Below, in pieces: positions 1 to 11,083 of a DNA stretch of 64,000 nt. The position numbers were made by a program, and so were the translations under genes. The stretch is from Cohaesibacter sp. GTDB taxonomy: Bacteria > Pseudomonadota > Alphaproteobacteria > Rhizobiales > Cohaesibacteraceae. Below the pieces are notes generated by a model, which made no database searches, was not told where the DNA came from, and saw only the letters and a program-made list of their open reading frames with translations. Each line of letters begins with the position of its first letter. Position 1 is the stretch's first letter. The stretch spans positions 3,726 through 67,725 of the forward strand of contig JAOXSH010000004.1 in assembly GCA_025800145.1 (NCBI GenBank), in the 5' to 3' direction.

Positions 1-417
1 TTTCAGCACCTGACCGCGAACACCGGACCCGGCAACGCTTGCCGGATCAATCTTGTTCTCGGTCATCATTTTTCCAGCAGAAGGCGCTGGCTGCATGGAG
101 GTTGCAGCAGGAGCCGGAGCGAGCGCAGCAGCAGGAGCAGCGGCAGGCGCAGCAGCTGCGGGTGCAGCAGCACCCCCTTCGCCTTCATTGAGCATGGCAA
201 GCAATGCACCAACTTCAACCGTATCACCTTCAGCAACAAGCAGCTCACCCATAGTACCAGCAGAAGGCGCTGGCACTTCGATGGTCACTTTGTCTGTTTC
301 CAGTTCCACCAACGGCTCATCAGCAGCAACAGCATCACCAGGTTGCTTGAACCATTGACCGATGGTCGCTTCGGTCACAGATTCCCCAAGAGTTGGGACC
401 TTGATTTCGGTAGCCAT
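1..417 (-). CDS. sucB: Dihydrolipoamide succinyltransferase E2, N-terminal part (runs off window)
   Basis: Hand translation from ATG at 417: MATEIKVPTLGESVTEATIGQWFKQPGD...ELETDKVTIEVPAP (lipoyl domain, ETDK lysine) followed by an Ala/Pro linker; directly downstream of sucA. Confidence 0.97.
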   Translation of the reverse strand, partial: MATEIKVPTLGESVTEATIGQWFKQPGDAVAADEPLVELETDKVTIEVPAPSAGTMGELLVAEGDTVEVGALLAMLNEGEGGAAAPAAAAPAAAPAAALAPAPAATSMQPAPSAGKMMTENKIDPASVAGSGVRGQVLK

Positions 418-456
418 TCGTCTCTCTCACATTTCAAATTCGAATTGGTCAGCCGA

Positions 457-3453
457 TTATTCGGCAAACGCATCATCAAGGAAGGCCTGTAGCTGAGCCA
501 AATGCTTGCTCATCAAGCCCGTTGCAGTCGCAGCAGAGGCCGCACGGCCCACATAAGCTGCACGCTTGGTCTTTGCGCCAATCTGATTGAGCACCCATTC
601 CAGATAAGGCTCGACAAAGAACCAGGAACCCTGGTTTTTCGGCTCTTCCTGACACCAGACCATATCCGCCTGTTTAAAGCGGCTAAGCTCCTTGATCAGG
701 GCCTTGGCCGGGAATGGATAAAGCTGCTCGACACGCAACAGATAAACATCATCAACGCCGCGCTTCTCACGCTCTTCCAACAGATCATAATAGACTTTAC
801 CGGAACAAAGAATCACACGGCGAATCTTGTCATCTGCCACAATTTTGGTCGTAACAGAGGCCGGATTGCTTTGCGCATCATCCCACAAAACACGGTGGAA
901 GGTATTATTGGGTCCCATTTCCTCAAGCCGGGAAACGCAACGCTTGTGGCGCAACAGGCTTTTCGGGGTCATCAAGATCAAAGGCTTACGGAAAGAGCGT
1001 TTCACCTGACGACGCAGAATATGGAAATAGTTGGAAGGCGTAGAACAATTGGCCACCTGAATGTTATCTTCGGCGCAAGCCTGCAAATAACGCTCCAGAC
1101 GGGCAGAACTATGTTCAGGCCCCTGTCCTTCATAACCATGGGGCAACAACATCACCAAACCGGACATACGCAACCATTTGCGCTCGCCAGACGACAGGAA
1201 TTGGTCAAAGACCACCTGCGCACCATTGGCAAAGTCACCAAATTGGCCTTCCCACATAGTCAAGCCACCCGGTTCAGCCAGCGTATAGCCATATTCAAAT
1301 CCAAGAACCGCCTCTTCTGACAGCATGGAATTGATCACTTCATAGCGCTCTTGGCCTTCTGAAATATGGTTGAGCGGAATGAAACGATTCTCATCTTGCT
1401 GATCATACAAAACAGAATGACGCTGGGAGAATGTCCCGCGTTCGCAATCCTGACCGGACAAACGAACCGGATGACCTTCTTTCAACAGGGATGCAAAAGC
1501 CATGGCTTCCGCAGTGGCCCAATCAAAGCCTTCACCCGTTTCAAACATCTTAGCCCGATTGGCCTGAAAACGCTTGATGGTGCGATGAACATTAAAGCTG
1601 TCCGGCACATGGGTCAGTTTCTCGCCAATCGCTTTCAGATCAGCTTCATCCACACCGGTTTTACCAGAGCGACGATCATCTTCCGCGCTTGCCGTGGAAA
1701 GACCAGCCCATTTGCCATCAAACCAGTCTGCCTTATTGGGCGAGAAAGCCTGACCGGCTTCAAATTCTGCATCCAGTTTCTTGCGAACATCAGCCCGCAT
1801 GGCTTCCAGATCCTGTGCCGTGATCGTGCCATCTGCAATCAACTTGTCTGCATAAATTTGCAGGCTGGTTGGATGCTGACGGATCTTTTTATACATGATC
1901 GGCTGGGTAAAGGCCGGCTCGTCCCCTTCATTATGGCCAAAGCGACGATAACAGAACATGTCAATCACCACCGGCTTGCGGAAGGTTTGACGAAACTCTG
2001 TTGCAATTTTAGCCGCAAAAACCACAGATTCAGGATCATCCCCATTACAATGGAAAACCGGCGCTTCAATCATCTTGGCCATATCAGAGGGATAAGGCGA
2101 AGAACGAGAGAAACGCGGATTGGTGGTGAAGCCAATCTGGTTGTTAATGATCACATGGATGGAGCCACCGGTGCGGTGACCACGAAGACCTGACAAACCC
2201 AGACATTCCGCCACAACGCCCTGACCGGCAAAAGCCGCATCCCCATGCAACAGCAAAGGCAGAACCGTAGAGCGGTCAACCTGTGTTGTTTCAATGAACG
2301 GACCTTCACCCGCCGCAATCTGATCTTGCTTGGCACGCGATTTGCCCAAAACAACCGGATTGACAATCTCAAGGTGAGAGGGGTTAGCGGTCAAGGACAA
2401 ATGCACATTATTGCCATCAAACTCGCGATCCGAAGAAGCACCAAGATGATATTTTACATCCCCGGAACCTTCCACATCATCAGGCGCATAAGAGCCACCT
2501 TTAAATTCGTGGAAGATCGCACGATGAGGTTTGGCCATCACTTGCGAGAGCACGTTCAGGCGACCACGGTGAGCCATACCCAGAACGATTTCCTTCACAC
2601 CCATGGCACCGCCACGCTTGATGATTTGTTCCAGAGCCGGGATCAAAGCTTCCCCGCCATCCAGACCAAAACGCTTGGTGCCGGTATATTTGATATCAAG
2701 GAATTTCTCAAAGCCCTCAGCCTCTACCAATTTATAGAGAATGGCTTTTTTACCCTCTGCGGTAAAGGCAATCTGCTTGTCCGGCCCTTCAATACGCTCC
2801 TGAATCCAGCGCTTTTCCGCAGGATCAGAAATATGCATGAACTCAACACCCAAGGTGGAGCAATAGGTCCGGCGCAGAATTTCCATCATTTGCGGAATGG
2901 TCGCAAATTCAAGGCCCAGCACATTGTCGATAAAGATCTTGCGATCATAATCAGCTTCGGTAAAGCCATAAGAGGTCGGATGCAGCTCTTCATGATCCTT
3001 GGCTTCCGCCAATTTCAACGGATCCAGATCTGCATGAAGATGACCTCGCATGCGATAGGCGCGGATCATCATCAAGGCGCGAACAGAATCCCGCGTTGCC
3101 TGCTGCACCGCTTCATCGCTCAACTCAATGCCTTGGCTCTGGGCCTTGGTCTTGAGCTTGTCGCTCAATTTCTTCTCGTCCGGCCCCCAATCGCCATCCA
3201 GAGCAGAGACCAATTCACCTGATTGCGGGATCGGCCAATCAGGCCGTTTCCAGGATGCACCCCGTGCCCCGGCAATCACATCTTCTTTTTTGTCTTGGAG
3301 ATCTTGAAAGAATCCCTGCCACTCAGCAGCTACCGATGCCGGATTTTCCTGATAACGGGCATAGAGATCTTCGATATAGGACGCGTTACCACCATAAAGA
3401 AAGGAGGTTAACGCGAACGCTTCATTTGCGTCCTGACGTGCCATCGCCACCAA
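457..3453 (-). CDS. sucA: 2-oxoglutarate dehydrogenase E1
   Basis: 998 aa; GMAHRGRLN, LHGDAAFAGQG TPP motif, HGYEGQGPEHSSAR. Confidence 0.99.
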   Translation of the reverse strand: MVAMARQDANEAFALTSFLYGGNASYIEDLYARYQENPASVAAEWQGFFQDLQDKKEDVIAGARGASWKRPDWPIPQSGELVSALDGDWGPDEKKLSDKLKTKAQSQGIELSDEAVQQATRDSVRALMMIRAYRMRGHLHADLDPLKLAEAKDHEELHPTSYGFTEADYDRKIFIDNVLGLEFATIPQMMEILRRTYCSTLGVEFMHISDPAEKRWIQERIEGPDKQIAFTAEGKKAILYKLVEAEGFEKFLDIKYTGTKRFGLDGGEALIPALEQIIKRGGAMGVKEIVLGMAHRGRLNVLSQVMAKPHRAIFHEFKGGSYAPDDVEGSGDVKYHLGASSDREFDGNNVHLSLTANPSHLEIVNPVVLGKSRAKQDQIAAGEGPFIETTQVDRSTVLPLLLHGDAAFAGQGVVAECLGLSGLRGHRTGGSIHVIINNQIGFTTNPRFSRSSPYPSDMAKMIEAPVFHCNGDDPESVVFAAKIATEFRQTFRKPVVIDMFCYRRFGHNEGDEPAFTQPIMYKKIRQHPTSLQIYADKLIADGTITAQDLEAMRADVRKKLDAEFEAGQAFSPNKADWFDGKWAGLSTASAEDDRRSGKTGVDEADLKAIGEKLTHVPDSFNVHRTIKRFQANRAKMFETGEGFDWATAEAMAFASLLKEGHPVRLSGQDCERGTFSQRHSVLYDQQDENRFIPLNHISEGQERYEVINSMLSEEAVLGFEYGYTLAEPGGLTMWEGQFGDFANGAQVVFDQFLSSGERKWLRMSGLVMLLPHGYEGQGPEHSSARLERYLQACAEDNIQVANCSTPSNYFHILRRQVKRSFRKPLILMTPKSLLRHKRCVSRLEEMGPNNTFHRVLWDDAQSNPASVTTKIVADDKIRRVILCSGKVYYDLLEEREKRGVDDVYLLRVEQLYPFPAKALIKELSRFKQADMVWCQEEPKNQGSWFFVEPYLEWVLNQIGAKTKRAAYVGRAASAATATGLMSKHLAQLQAFLDDAFAE

Positions 3454-3562
3454 CCGGAATTTCTCCCGGCGCTCTTTGATTTCGTCGGCACCATTGCCGA
3501 ACGATTTGCCGGATTATGAGGGGAAAATGGTTAACGCTTCCCCTCACAATGTCATACTATTG

Positions 3563-4477
3563 TTACTTGCCGTTAAGCAAGTCTACCAGTGTCTTGCCCA
3601 GACTTGCCGGAGAGGGAGAGACGCGAATGCCTGCATCTTCCATAGCAGCAATCTTATCTTCAGCACCACCTTTACCGCCAGAAATTACGGCACCGGCATG
3701 ACCCATGGTACGGCCCGGAGGCGCTGTACGGCCTGCAATGAAACCAACCACAGGCTTCTTACGGCCCTTGGCAGCCTGCTCTTTCAGCCATTCAGAGGCT
3801 TCCTCTTCCGCAGAGCCACCAATCTCACCAATCATGATGATGGATTCGGTCTCTGGATCGTCAAGGAACAGATCCAGCACGTCAATAAATTCTGTGCCTT
3901 TGACCGGATCGCCACCAATGCCGACAGCAGTGGTTTGACCCAAACCTTCCTGAGTGGTCTGGAACACCGCTTCATAAGTCAAAGTACCAGAACGAGAGAC
4001 GATGCCAACAGAACCCTTTTTGAAGATTGAACCGGGCATGATACCGATTTTGCATTCGTCTGGGGTCATAATACCCGGGCAGTTTGGACCAAGAAGACGA
4101 GAATCAGATTTCTCAAGCCGTGCCTTGACTTTCACCATATCGGCAACCGGAATGCCTTCGGTAATGCAAGAGATGAAAGGAACGCCAGCGTCAATCGCCT
4201 CGATAATCGCAGCACCTGCCCCTGCGGGCGGCACATAGACAACAGAGGCATTGGCACCGGTGGCGTCCATGGCTTCCTTAACGGATGCATAGATCGGAAC
4301 CTGCACCTCCTTGCCATCGACATTACCGGTCCAGTGCGTGCCACCTTTTTTCGGATGAACGCCTGCAACCATCTGGGTGCCATAATAAGCCAGAGCCTGT
4401 TCGGTGTGGAAGGTACCGGTTTTACCGGTCAGACCTTGCACGATGACTTTGGTGTCTTTGTTGACAATAATGGACAT
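3563..4477 (-). CDS. sucD: Succinyl-CoA synthetase alpha subunit
   Basis: 304 aa; [26 protein letters not shown] phospho-His loop. Confidence 0.99.
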   Translation of the reverse strand: MSIIVNKDTKVIVQGLTGKTGTFHTEQALAYYGTQMVAGVHPKKGGTHWTGNVDGKEVQVPIYASVKEAMDATGANASVVYVPPAGAGAAIIEAIDAGVPFISCITEGIPVADMVKVKARLEKSDSRLLGPNCPGIMTPDECKIGIMPGSIFKKGSVGIVSRSGTLTYEAVFQTTQEGLGQTTAVGIGGDPVKGTEFIDVLDLFLDDPETESIIMIGEIGGSAEEEASEWLKEQAAKGRKKPVVGFIAGRTAPPGRTMGHAGAVISGGKGGAEDKIAAMEDAGIRVSPSPASLGKTLVDLLNGK

Positions 4478-4482
4478 CGCAC

Positions 4483-5679
4483 TTAAGCCCCTTTCACAGC
4501 AGCAACAATTTTCTGAGCTGCATCATTGAGATCATCAGCAGGGATCACATTCAGATCGCTGTCATTGATGATTTTCTTGCCTTCTTCAACTTTGGTGCCT
4601 TCCAGACGAACCACCAAAGGCACCTTCAAGCCAACTTCATTGACCGCTTCCAGGACACCTTGTGCAATCACGTCACAGCGCATGATGCCACCAAAGATAT
4701 TGACCAGAATGCCTTCAACATTTGGATCAGAGGTAATGATCTTGAAAGCAGACGTCACTTTCTCGGTAGTCGCACCGCCACCAACATCCAAAAAGTTTGC
4801 AGGCTCGGCGCCATACAATTTGATGATATCCATGGTTGCCATGGCAAGACCGGCCCCATTGACCATACAGCCAATATTGCCATCAAGCGCCACATAAGCC
4901 AGATCATGCTTGGAGGCTTCGATCTCTTTTTCGTCTTCTTCGGTCTTGTCGCGCAGCGCCATCACATCATCATGACGGAACAAGGCATTGCCATCGAAAG
5001 AAACCTTGGCATCAAGAACACGCAAATGACCATCTTTCATGACGATCAAAGGGTTGATCTCCAGCAAGGACATATCTTTTTCGACAAAGGCCTTATAAAG
5101 GATCGGAAACAGCTTCAAGCCATCTTCGCGCGCAGCACCATCCAACTTCAAGGCATCGCACAATTGGCCAGCCGCCTCAGCGGTAACGCCATTGTCCGGG
5201 TTGATTGGCAAAGTCAGGATTTTCTCAGGGGTTTCTTCGGCCACCTGCTCAATGTCCATACCGCCTTCAGTGGAGGCAACAAAAGCCACGCGGCCACAAG
5301 TCCGGTCAACCAAAAGCGAGAGATAAAGCTCACGCTCGATATCCGCACCATCTTCGATATAAAGACGGTTCACCTGCTTGCCAGCTTCGCCTGTCTGGGC
5401 AGTAACAAGAGTTGAGCCGAGCATCTGTGTCGCAAATTCTGTGACTTCCTCTTTAGAGAAAGCCAGACGCACGCCGCCTTTCTCGCCAGCAGCCTCTTCC
5501 TTGAATTTGCCTTTACCACGGCCACCGGCATGGATCTGGGATTTCACAACCCAAAGCGGGCCACCCAGCTTGTCAGCAGCAGCGGCAGCTTCATCAGCAG
5601 AGAAAATGGCAACACCCTCAGCAACCGGGGCACCAAACTCTTTCAGAAGCGCTTTTGCCTGATATTCATGAATGTTCAT
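4483..5679 (-). CDS. sucC: Succinyl-CoA synthetase beta subunit
   Basis: 398 aa; [42 protein letters not shown]. Confidence 0.99.
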   Translation of the reverse strand: MNIHEYQAKALLKEFGAPVAEGVAIFSADEAAAAADKLGGPLWVVKSQIHAGGRGKGKFKEEAAGEKGGVRLAFSKEEVTEFATQMLGSTLVTAQTGEAGKQVNRLYIEDGADIERELYLSLLVDRTCGRVAFVASTEGGMDIEQVAEETPEKILTLPINPDNGVTAEAAGQLCDALKLDGAAREDGLKLFPILYKAFVEKDMSLLEINPLIVMKDGHLRVLDAKVSFDGNALFRHDDVMALRDKTEEDEKEIEASKHDLAYVALDGNIGCMVNGAGLAMATMDIIKLYGAEPANFLDVGGGATTEKVTSAFKIITSDPNVEGILVNIFGGIMRCDVIAQGVLEAVNEVGLKVPLVVRLEGTKVEEGKKIINDSDLNVIPADDLNDAAQKIVAAVKGA

Positions 5680-5802
5680 GGGAGCTTCACTCCTTCACTC
5701 CAAAATGACATGCCCTCACAGTTTCCCGGCATATCATTCTTCCTCATTTTGACCATAAAATTCTGCCCGGCAAGGGCCGGGCAGAAAAGATCGCATCACA
5801 TC

Positions 5803-6834
<1,032 letters not shown>

Positions 6835-6905
6835 TTAGGGTGCGCTTTCAAGTCGCAGATAGTTGAATTTCGGCAAAAAACATCAGATTTTAGACGTACA
6901 TAACC

Positions 6906-6921
6906 TTGACGTTAAGGTCAT
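6906..6921. promoter_or_regulatory. Imperfect palindrome TTGACGT-TA-AGGTCAT upstream of mdh (LiuR-like operator candidate)
   Basis: Read directly; about 140 bp upstream of mdh, overlapping the zapE stop; near-identical site at 46317. Confidence 0.5.
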
Positions 6922-8057
6922 GCATCATGGAAGCCAGCCGACAAATATTCATCAGATTGCATCTCGATCAGACGTGAGCTGGTGCGTGCAAACTCAAAGG
7001 CTTCCGTGCCTTTTTCCGCAACATATAGATCAAATGCAGAGGCCTGCGCCGAAGCGATCAAGCGCACATGATTGTCATAAAGCGTATCAATGAAGGTGAT
7101 AAAGCGCTTGGCCTCATTGCGCTTGGCCAAACTCAATTGAGGAATACCTTCCATCACAATCGTATGATAAAGCTCGCATAATTTCAGATAATCCGAAGCC
7201 CCAAGCGGTTTTGCGCATAGATCATCAAAATGAAAGCGTGCATGTCCATGATAGGCTTGCGGCACATGGATAGTCCGCCCCTGATGGGAAATGGCATCAC
7301 CAGGGGCCCTCTCACCTTCAATCAAAGCTTCCCACATAGCCTGAATGCGCGCATCTGTCTCCCGCCCCAAAGGATGAAGAAAGATCGGCTGCCCTCCCAG
7401 TTTTTCCATACGGAAATCTGTGCGTGAATCCAGCTTCAAAATTTCACATTTCTCACTCAATAAATCAATGAACGGTAAAAAGAGCTGCCGGTTCAACCCA
7501 TCCTTATAGAGATTGCGCGGCTCGACATTGGAGGTCGCCACCACAATCACCCCCTTGTCAAAAAGCCGGGTAAACAGCCGACCCAATAGCATGGCATCCG
7601 CAATATCGGTGACAGAAAATTCGTCAAAGCACAAAAGCCGAACCTCTTGCGCCAAAGCCTCTGCAACCGGCTTGATCGGATCATCACCTTTGATATTGCC
7701 TGCCGCAATATCTGCACGCGCCTGCTTGATGCGCCGGTGCATATCGCGCATAAATTCGTGAAAATGATAGCGTCCTTTGCGCTTGAAAGGGGCAACCTCA
7801 AAAAACAGATCCATAATCATGGTCTTGCCACGTCCAACGCCACCCCAGACATAAAGCCCCGTCACCCCAACAGGCGGTTGACGTTTGGCAAAAAGCCAAC
7901 CCAAGGTCGAGCTTTTATTGGCAAGGCGGCTGGTGGTTATGCGATCCAGCAAATCATCATAATGAAGAACCAAAGCCCGCTGGGCCTCATCCAGTTCAAT
8001 CTCGCCATGTTCAACCTTAAGATCATAAAGGCTCGATACAGTACTGGACATCTTCAC
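6918..8057 (-). CDS. zapE: AFG1/ZapE family ATPase
   Basis: Walker A GGVGRGKT, LLCFDEF, ATSN, RTSSRLIEMQ; usual position upstream of mdh in Rhizobiales. Confidence 0.95.
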   Translation of the reverse strand: MKMSSTVSSLYDLKVEHGEIELDEAQRALVLHYDDLLDRITTSRLANKSSTLGWLFAKRQPPVGVTGLYVWGGVGRGKTMIMDLFFEVAPFKRKGRYHFHEFMRDMHRRIKQARADIAAGNIKGDDPIKPVAEALAQEVRLLCFDEFSVTDIADAMLLGRLFTRLFDKGVIVVATSNVEPRNLYKDGLNRQLFLPFIDLLSEKCEILKLDSRTDFRMEKLGGQPIFLHPLGRETDARIQAMWEALIEGERAPGDAISHQGRTIHVPQAYHGHARFHFDDLCAKPLGASDYLKLCELYHTIVMEGIPQLSLAKRNEAKRFITFIDTLYDNHVRLIASAQASAFDLYVAEKGTEAFEFARTSSRLIEMQSDEYLSAGFHDA

Positions 8058-8132
8058 TCCACAACCAGAAAAAGCCGGACCAAAGAGGAAAGCTGAACGA
8101 GCGTGTCTTTCATGCCATTCGCTACAAAACGC

Positions 8133-8738
8133 TTAGCGGAAGAAAGAAACGGCACGGCCATCTGTTTTGATCTGCCCATCAAATCGCCCGGCGCTGGACG
8201 AATAAAGCTGCGCCATCACGCTGCCATCTTCTGCGAGAAGCACAACCTGATTGCCCTGCAAATTCCAAGCATTCACGCGCTGCAATTCAGAAGATTGGCA
8301 ACCACGGGTCGACGCCCGATATCCGCCATTCCAGCTGGTCAAATTCACATTAAGCTTACATTGCTCGGCCCCTGACGCCACAGTCCATGCCCCCAACAAG
8401 TCAGTCCGTGACAAAGATTTTGCATTGGCAGGCGGCGTTAAATTGGCAACAGGCTGGGAAGGAGCCGCGCCCTCAGGCGGCGTGAATTGATCCCTCACAG
8501 CCGCTTCAGCGCCCAAGGCATTATTGATAGGCTGGCCCGGTTGGCCAGATGCAAGAGCCCCATCCTGACCGACATCAATCTGACTGGCCGGATTAAGAGG
8601 GCTCAGGGTCTGACTTTGCACAGGCGCAGTCGGTGCAGCTGTCAACGAATCAGCCCGCCCACCAAATCGATCCAATCCGGCGGAAGAGCATCCTGCCAGC
8701 GCAAGACCTGCACCAGCAATAATGAAAAAGCGAATCAT
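8133..8738 (-). CDS. Omp19/AprI-Inh family outer-membrane lipoprotein
   Basis: Lipobox LAGC after MIRFFIIAGAGLA; Pro/Ala/Gln linker; C-terminal LLGAWTV..C.L.L..GGYRA..C...AW domain; adjacent to zapE as Brucella omp19 is. Confidence 0.85.
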   Translation of the reverse strand: MIRFFIIAGAGLALAGCSSAGLDRFGGRADSLTAAPTAPVQSQTLSPLNPASQIDVGQDGALASGQPGQPINNALGAEAAVRDQFTPPEGAAPSQPVANLTPPANAKSLSRTDLLGAWTVASGAEQCKLNVNLTSWNGGYRASTRGCQSSELQRVNAWNLQGNQVVLLAEDGSVMAQLYSSSAGRFDGQIKTDGRAVSFFR

Positions 8739-8900
8739 AAGCTCTCCTTGTCGCACTCTTTCAAGATTTGACCTATAGTGAGCAAAGATCAAGACCACAA
8801 TAAGCGCAATAGGGCTCAAAGTCCCCTCTCACCGAGAAAATGACAGCAATATGCTAAAATAAAGTATAGAGACAAAGCGCAATCAACAAGCTGGGCAAAA

Positions 8901-9620
8901 TCACGATTGCTTGTTAGCAAAGACTGCCAAAGCTCGCTCAAAGACAAAGCTCTGACCCTGATCATCAACGCCAACCCACAAGCGATCGGCTGGACTGTCC
9001 CCGGCGCGCGAAGCGAGACGCAAAATCTCATCGCCCATATGATTTCTCAAAATCACCTTATCACCAAAAGGCCGCCAGCTATCAAGCATGAACAACATAG
9101 TGGGACAAGAAGCAGAACCTTGGGCTTTATAGCCACCTTCAACCGGATCAGCCCCCAATTCAATCTCGCAAATACGCGGCTTGCCACTGCCGGAATGATC
9201 AAAAAGCCGCCGCGCCATAGCAGACAATTTACTCAATCGATCCATTTTTTCTTCATGGCGTGAGCGAACAATCCAGCTCCCCAGCATCTGCGCATTCACA
9301 CCAACCGCCTGAGCGGACAGCCTATTGACAAGCTCGGCAGAACGATAAGCTTCAAAATGCGGCTGATCAGCTTGCGGCCCACCTTGAGCCACAACCAGAT
9401 CCATCATCTCAGATTGGGAAAATTTCTCGCCGATCCTGTTATCAAGGCCTGTCTCATGATCAGGCTCCAAAGGCGGTAAAGCGGCTTGGGTCACAAGAGC
9501 AGAGGATGCAACACCGCTGACCTGATTGGAAGAGGCAGACAAAGACCCATCGTGAGACGCACATCCACTGACCAACAAGCCAGCCAAGACACCAAGCAAG
9601 CACCTATAAGGAGATTTCAT
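8901..9620 (-). CDS. Second AprI/Inh-like lipoprotein (divergent paralog)
   Basis: Lipobox VSGC after MKSPYRCLLGVLAGLL; LGSWIV...CEIEL..GGYKA..C...DSW pattern matches the neighbouring gene. Confidence 0.7.
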   Translation of the reverse strand: MKSPYRCLLGVLAGLLVSGCASHDGSLSASSNQVSGVASSALVTQAALPPLEPDHETGLDNRIGEKFSQSEMMDLVVAQGGPQADQPHFEAYRSAELVNRLSAQAVGVNAQMLGSWIVRSRHEEKMDRLSKLSAMARRLFDHSGSGKPRICEIELGADPVEGGYKAQGSASCPTMLFMLDSWRPFGDKVILRNHMGDEILRLASRAGDSPADRLWVGVDDQGQSFVFERALAVFANKQS

Positions 9621-9796
9621 CGCCGATTCGCACCCATACTGCACAGATGCCACGACTTTAGGCACACATGGATGCAAGGTCCAGCTTTGCTGTCGGATTC
9701 TGATCAAACAAATGCCAAAGGTGGATAAGAGTGACCAAAATATTAACAAATTCCATGTCGATCAGGAAAATTTGGCAAGATAGCCCGAAAAAGACC

Positions 9797-10249
9797 TTAG
9801 GCAGCCTCATGACGCGGCAATTGTCCAGATGCCAAAGCCCGATCAATCACCAAACGCATATCAGCAAAACATTCGCGCACGGCCTGCTTGCGGCCTACAC
9901 TTTCCATGCGTTGAACAACAGGCTTGATCTGCAAATTGGTGATTTTCGGCTGATGCGGAAAAATAGGCAAGACAAATTGATCAATCGTTGGTGTGAAACC
10001 AACAATCATATCGATGCGCGGAGAATAAGGCTGCAAAAAGATATCAATCGGCTTGGGGCAATAATCATCAGGCGCGATATCATTTTCTTTTAAAATCTCA
10101 AGAATATGGCGATCCAGATCAACATCTGATCTCACACCTGCACTAAAGGCACGCAAATGCCCGCGCGAATACTGGTTAAAATAAGCCTCTGCCATGATCG
10201 AACGGCCATTATTGGTCGCATCAACAAACAGAATATTCGTTTGTAGCAT
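9797..10249 (-). CDS. LMW-PTP/ArsC-fold protein lacking catalytic cysteines
   Basis: ILFVDATNNGRSIMAEAYFN and RAFSAG align with ArsC ILFLCTGNSARSIMAEA / RAYSAG; start ATG 10249 (10276 possible). Confidence 0.75.
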   Translation of the reverse strand: MLQTNILFVDATNNGRSIMAEAYFNQYSRGHLRAFSAGVRSDVDLDRHILEILKENDIAPDDYCPKPIDIFLQPYSPRIDMIVGFTPTIDQFVLPIFPHQPKITNLQIKPVVQRMESVGRKQAVRECFADMRLVIDRALASGQLPRHEAA

Positions 10250-10858
10250 CACAGTCTCCCTGAACGAGGCCATCAAATATCGTCTCTATACACACGCAAT
10301 CATAAAACAGACTATGCAATCACTGCTTCAAAACAGAACCAAACCACACAATCAGCTCATCACAGCATAAAAACAAATCACACTGTCTTCATTGCCTTGG
10401 GCCATATATCCCATCTATTAGTCAATTACATGACAAATTTGCCAATCAAACCGAGCTAATCAGCTCATTCCTAATACAAAATTCACAATGATGGCCAGCC
10501 TTTTTTCAAACAAAGGTTAGGCATTCGTATTAGACCGGATTGCCTGAAATGATAGCGGACTATCTTGGACGTAAACTCATACATCTGGTGTATTTGGCGC
10601 TTAAATGGCCCGCTATCGCGTGAAAAAATGTGCAGGATGAGCTGGTTGCCCATTCAAACACTCTTCTTTGCACCTTTCCGCACCGACAGGTGATGACAAA
10701 ACGAGAGCACGGTCATTTAAACGTCGTAAAAATAAGCCTCTACCAAATGCATAACATTTATGGGTCTACGTCCTAATATTGGTGAGCAATAGAAAATGAC
10801 AAGAGCGCAGTCACCTTAAATTTCACTCATGTGAAGAAGAAAATCCGTACCAAAAACA

Positions 10859-10895
10859 AAAACACTGCCCGATCAGTCAGATCGGACAGTGTTTT
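10859..10895 (-). terminator. Intrinsic terminator, probably of sdhCDAB
   Basis: AAAACACTG..CCGATC/GATCGG..CAGTGTTTT stem followed by long T runs on the minus strand. Confidence 0.75.
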
Positions 10896-10907
10896 ATGCC
10901 GTTGGTA

Positions 10908-11054
10908 TTAGAGCCTGATTTAAAAGTCCTGAACCGACTCTCTCCCCCTTGCAGACCACCCGCCATGGTACCCTCATGGGCGGTCTGAAAAGGGAAAGAG
11001 GGCTGGATATGCAGCCTAAAAGTCTCGCTCGGAGACTTTTAAATCGGGCACTAA
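10908..11054. mobile_element. 147-bp MITE-like element with about 18-bp terminal inverted repeats and TA flanks
   Basis: Left TA|GAGCCTGATTTAAAAGTC; right GACTTTTAAATCGGGCAC|TA (16/18 match); internal hairpins; no transposase. Confidence 0.65.
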
Positions 11055-11083
11055 ACAGTCAAAATACCAAAAAGCCTGAAAAA

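Noticed and set aside
502-3222. Long plus-strand ORFs (272, 275 and 325 aa) opposite sucA; similar ones opposite sdhA, mdh, leuD and argG
   Set aside because: Antisense shadows of highly expressed, codon-biased genes; no motifs or ribosome-binding sites.
3527-3534. TTAACCAT CtrA half-site on the minus strand upstream of sucA
   Set aside because: The second TTAA at the N7 spacing is absent; a half-site alone is too weak.
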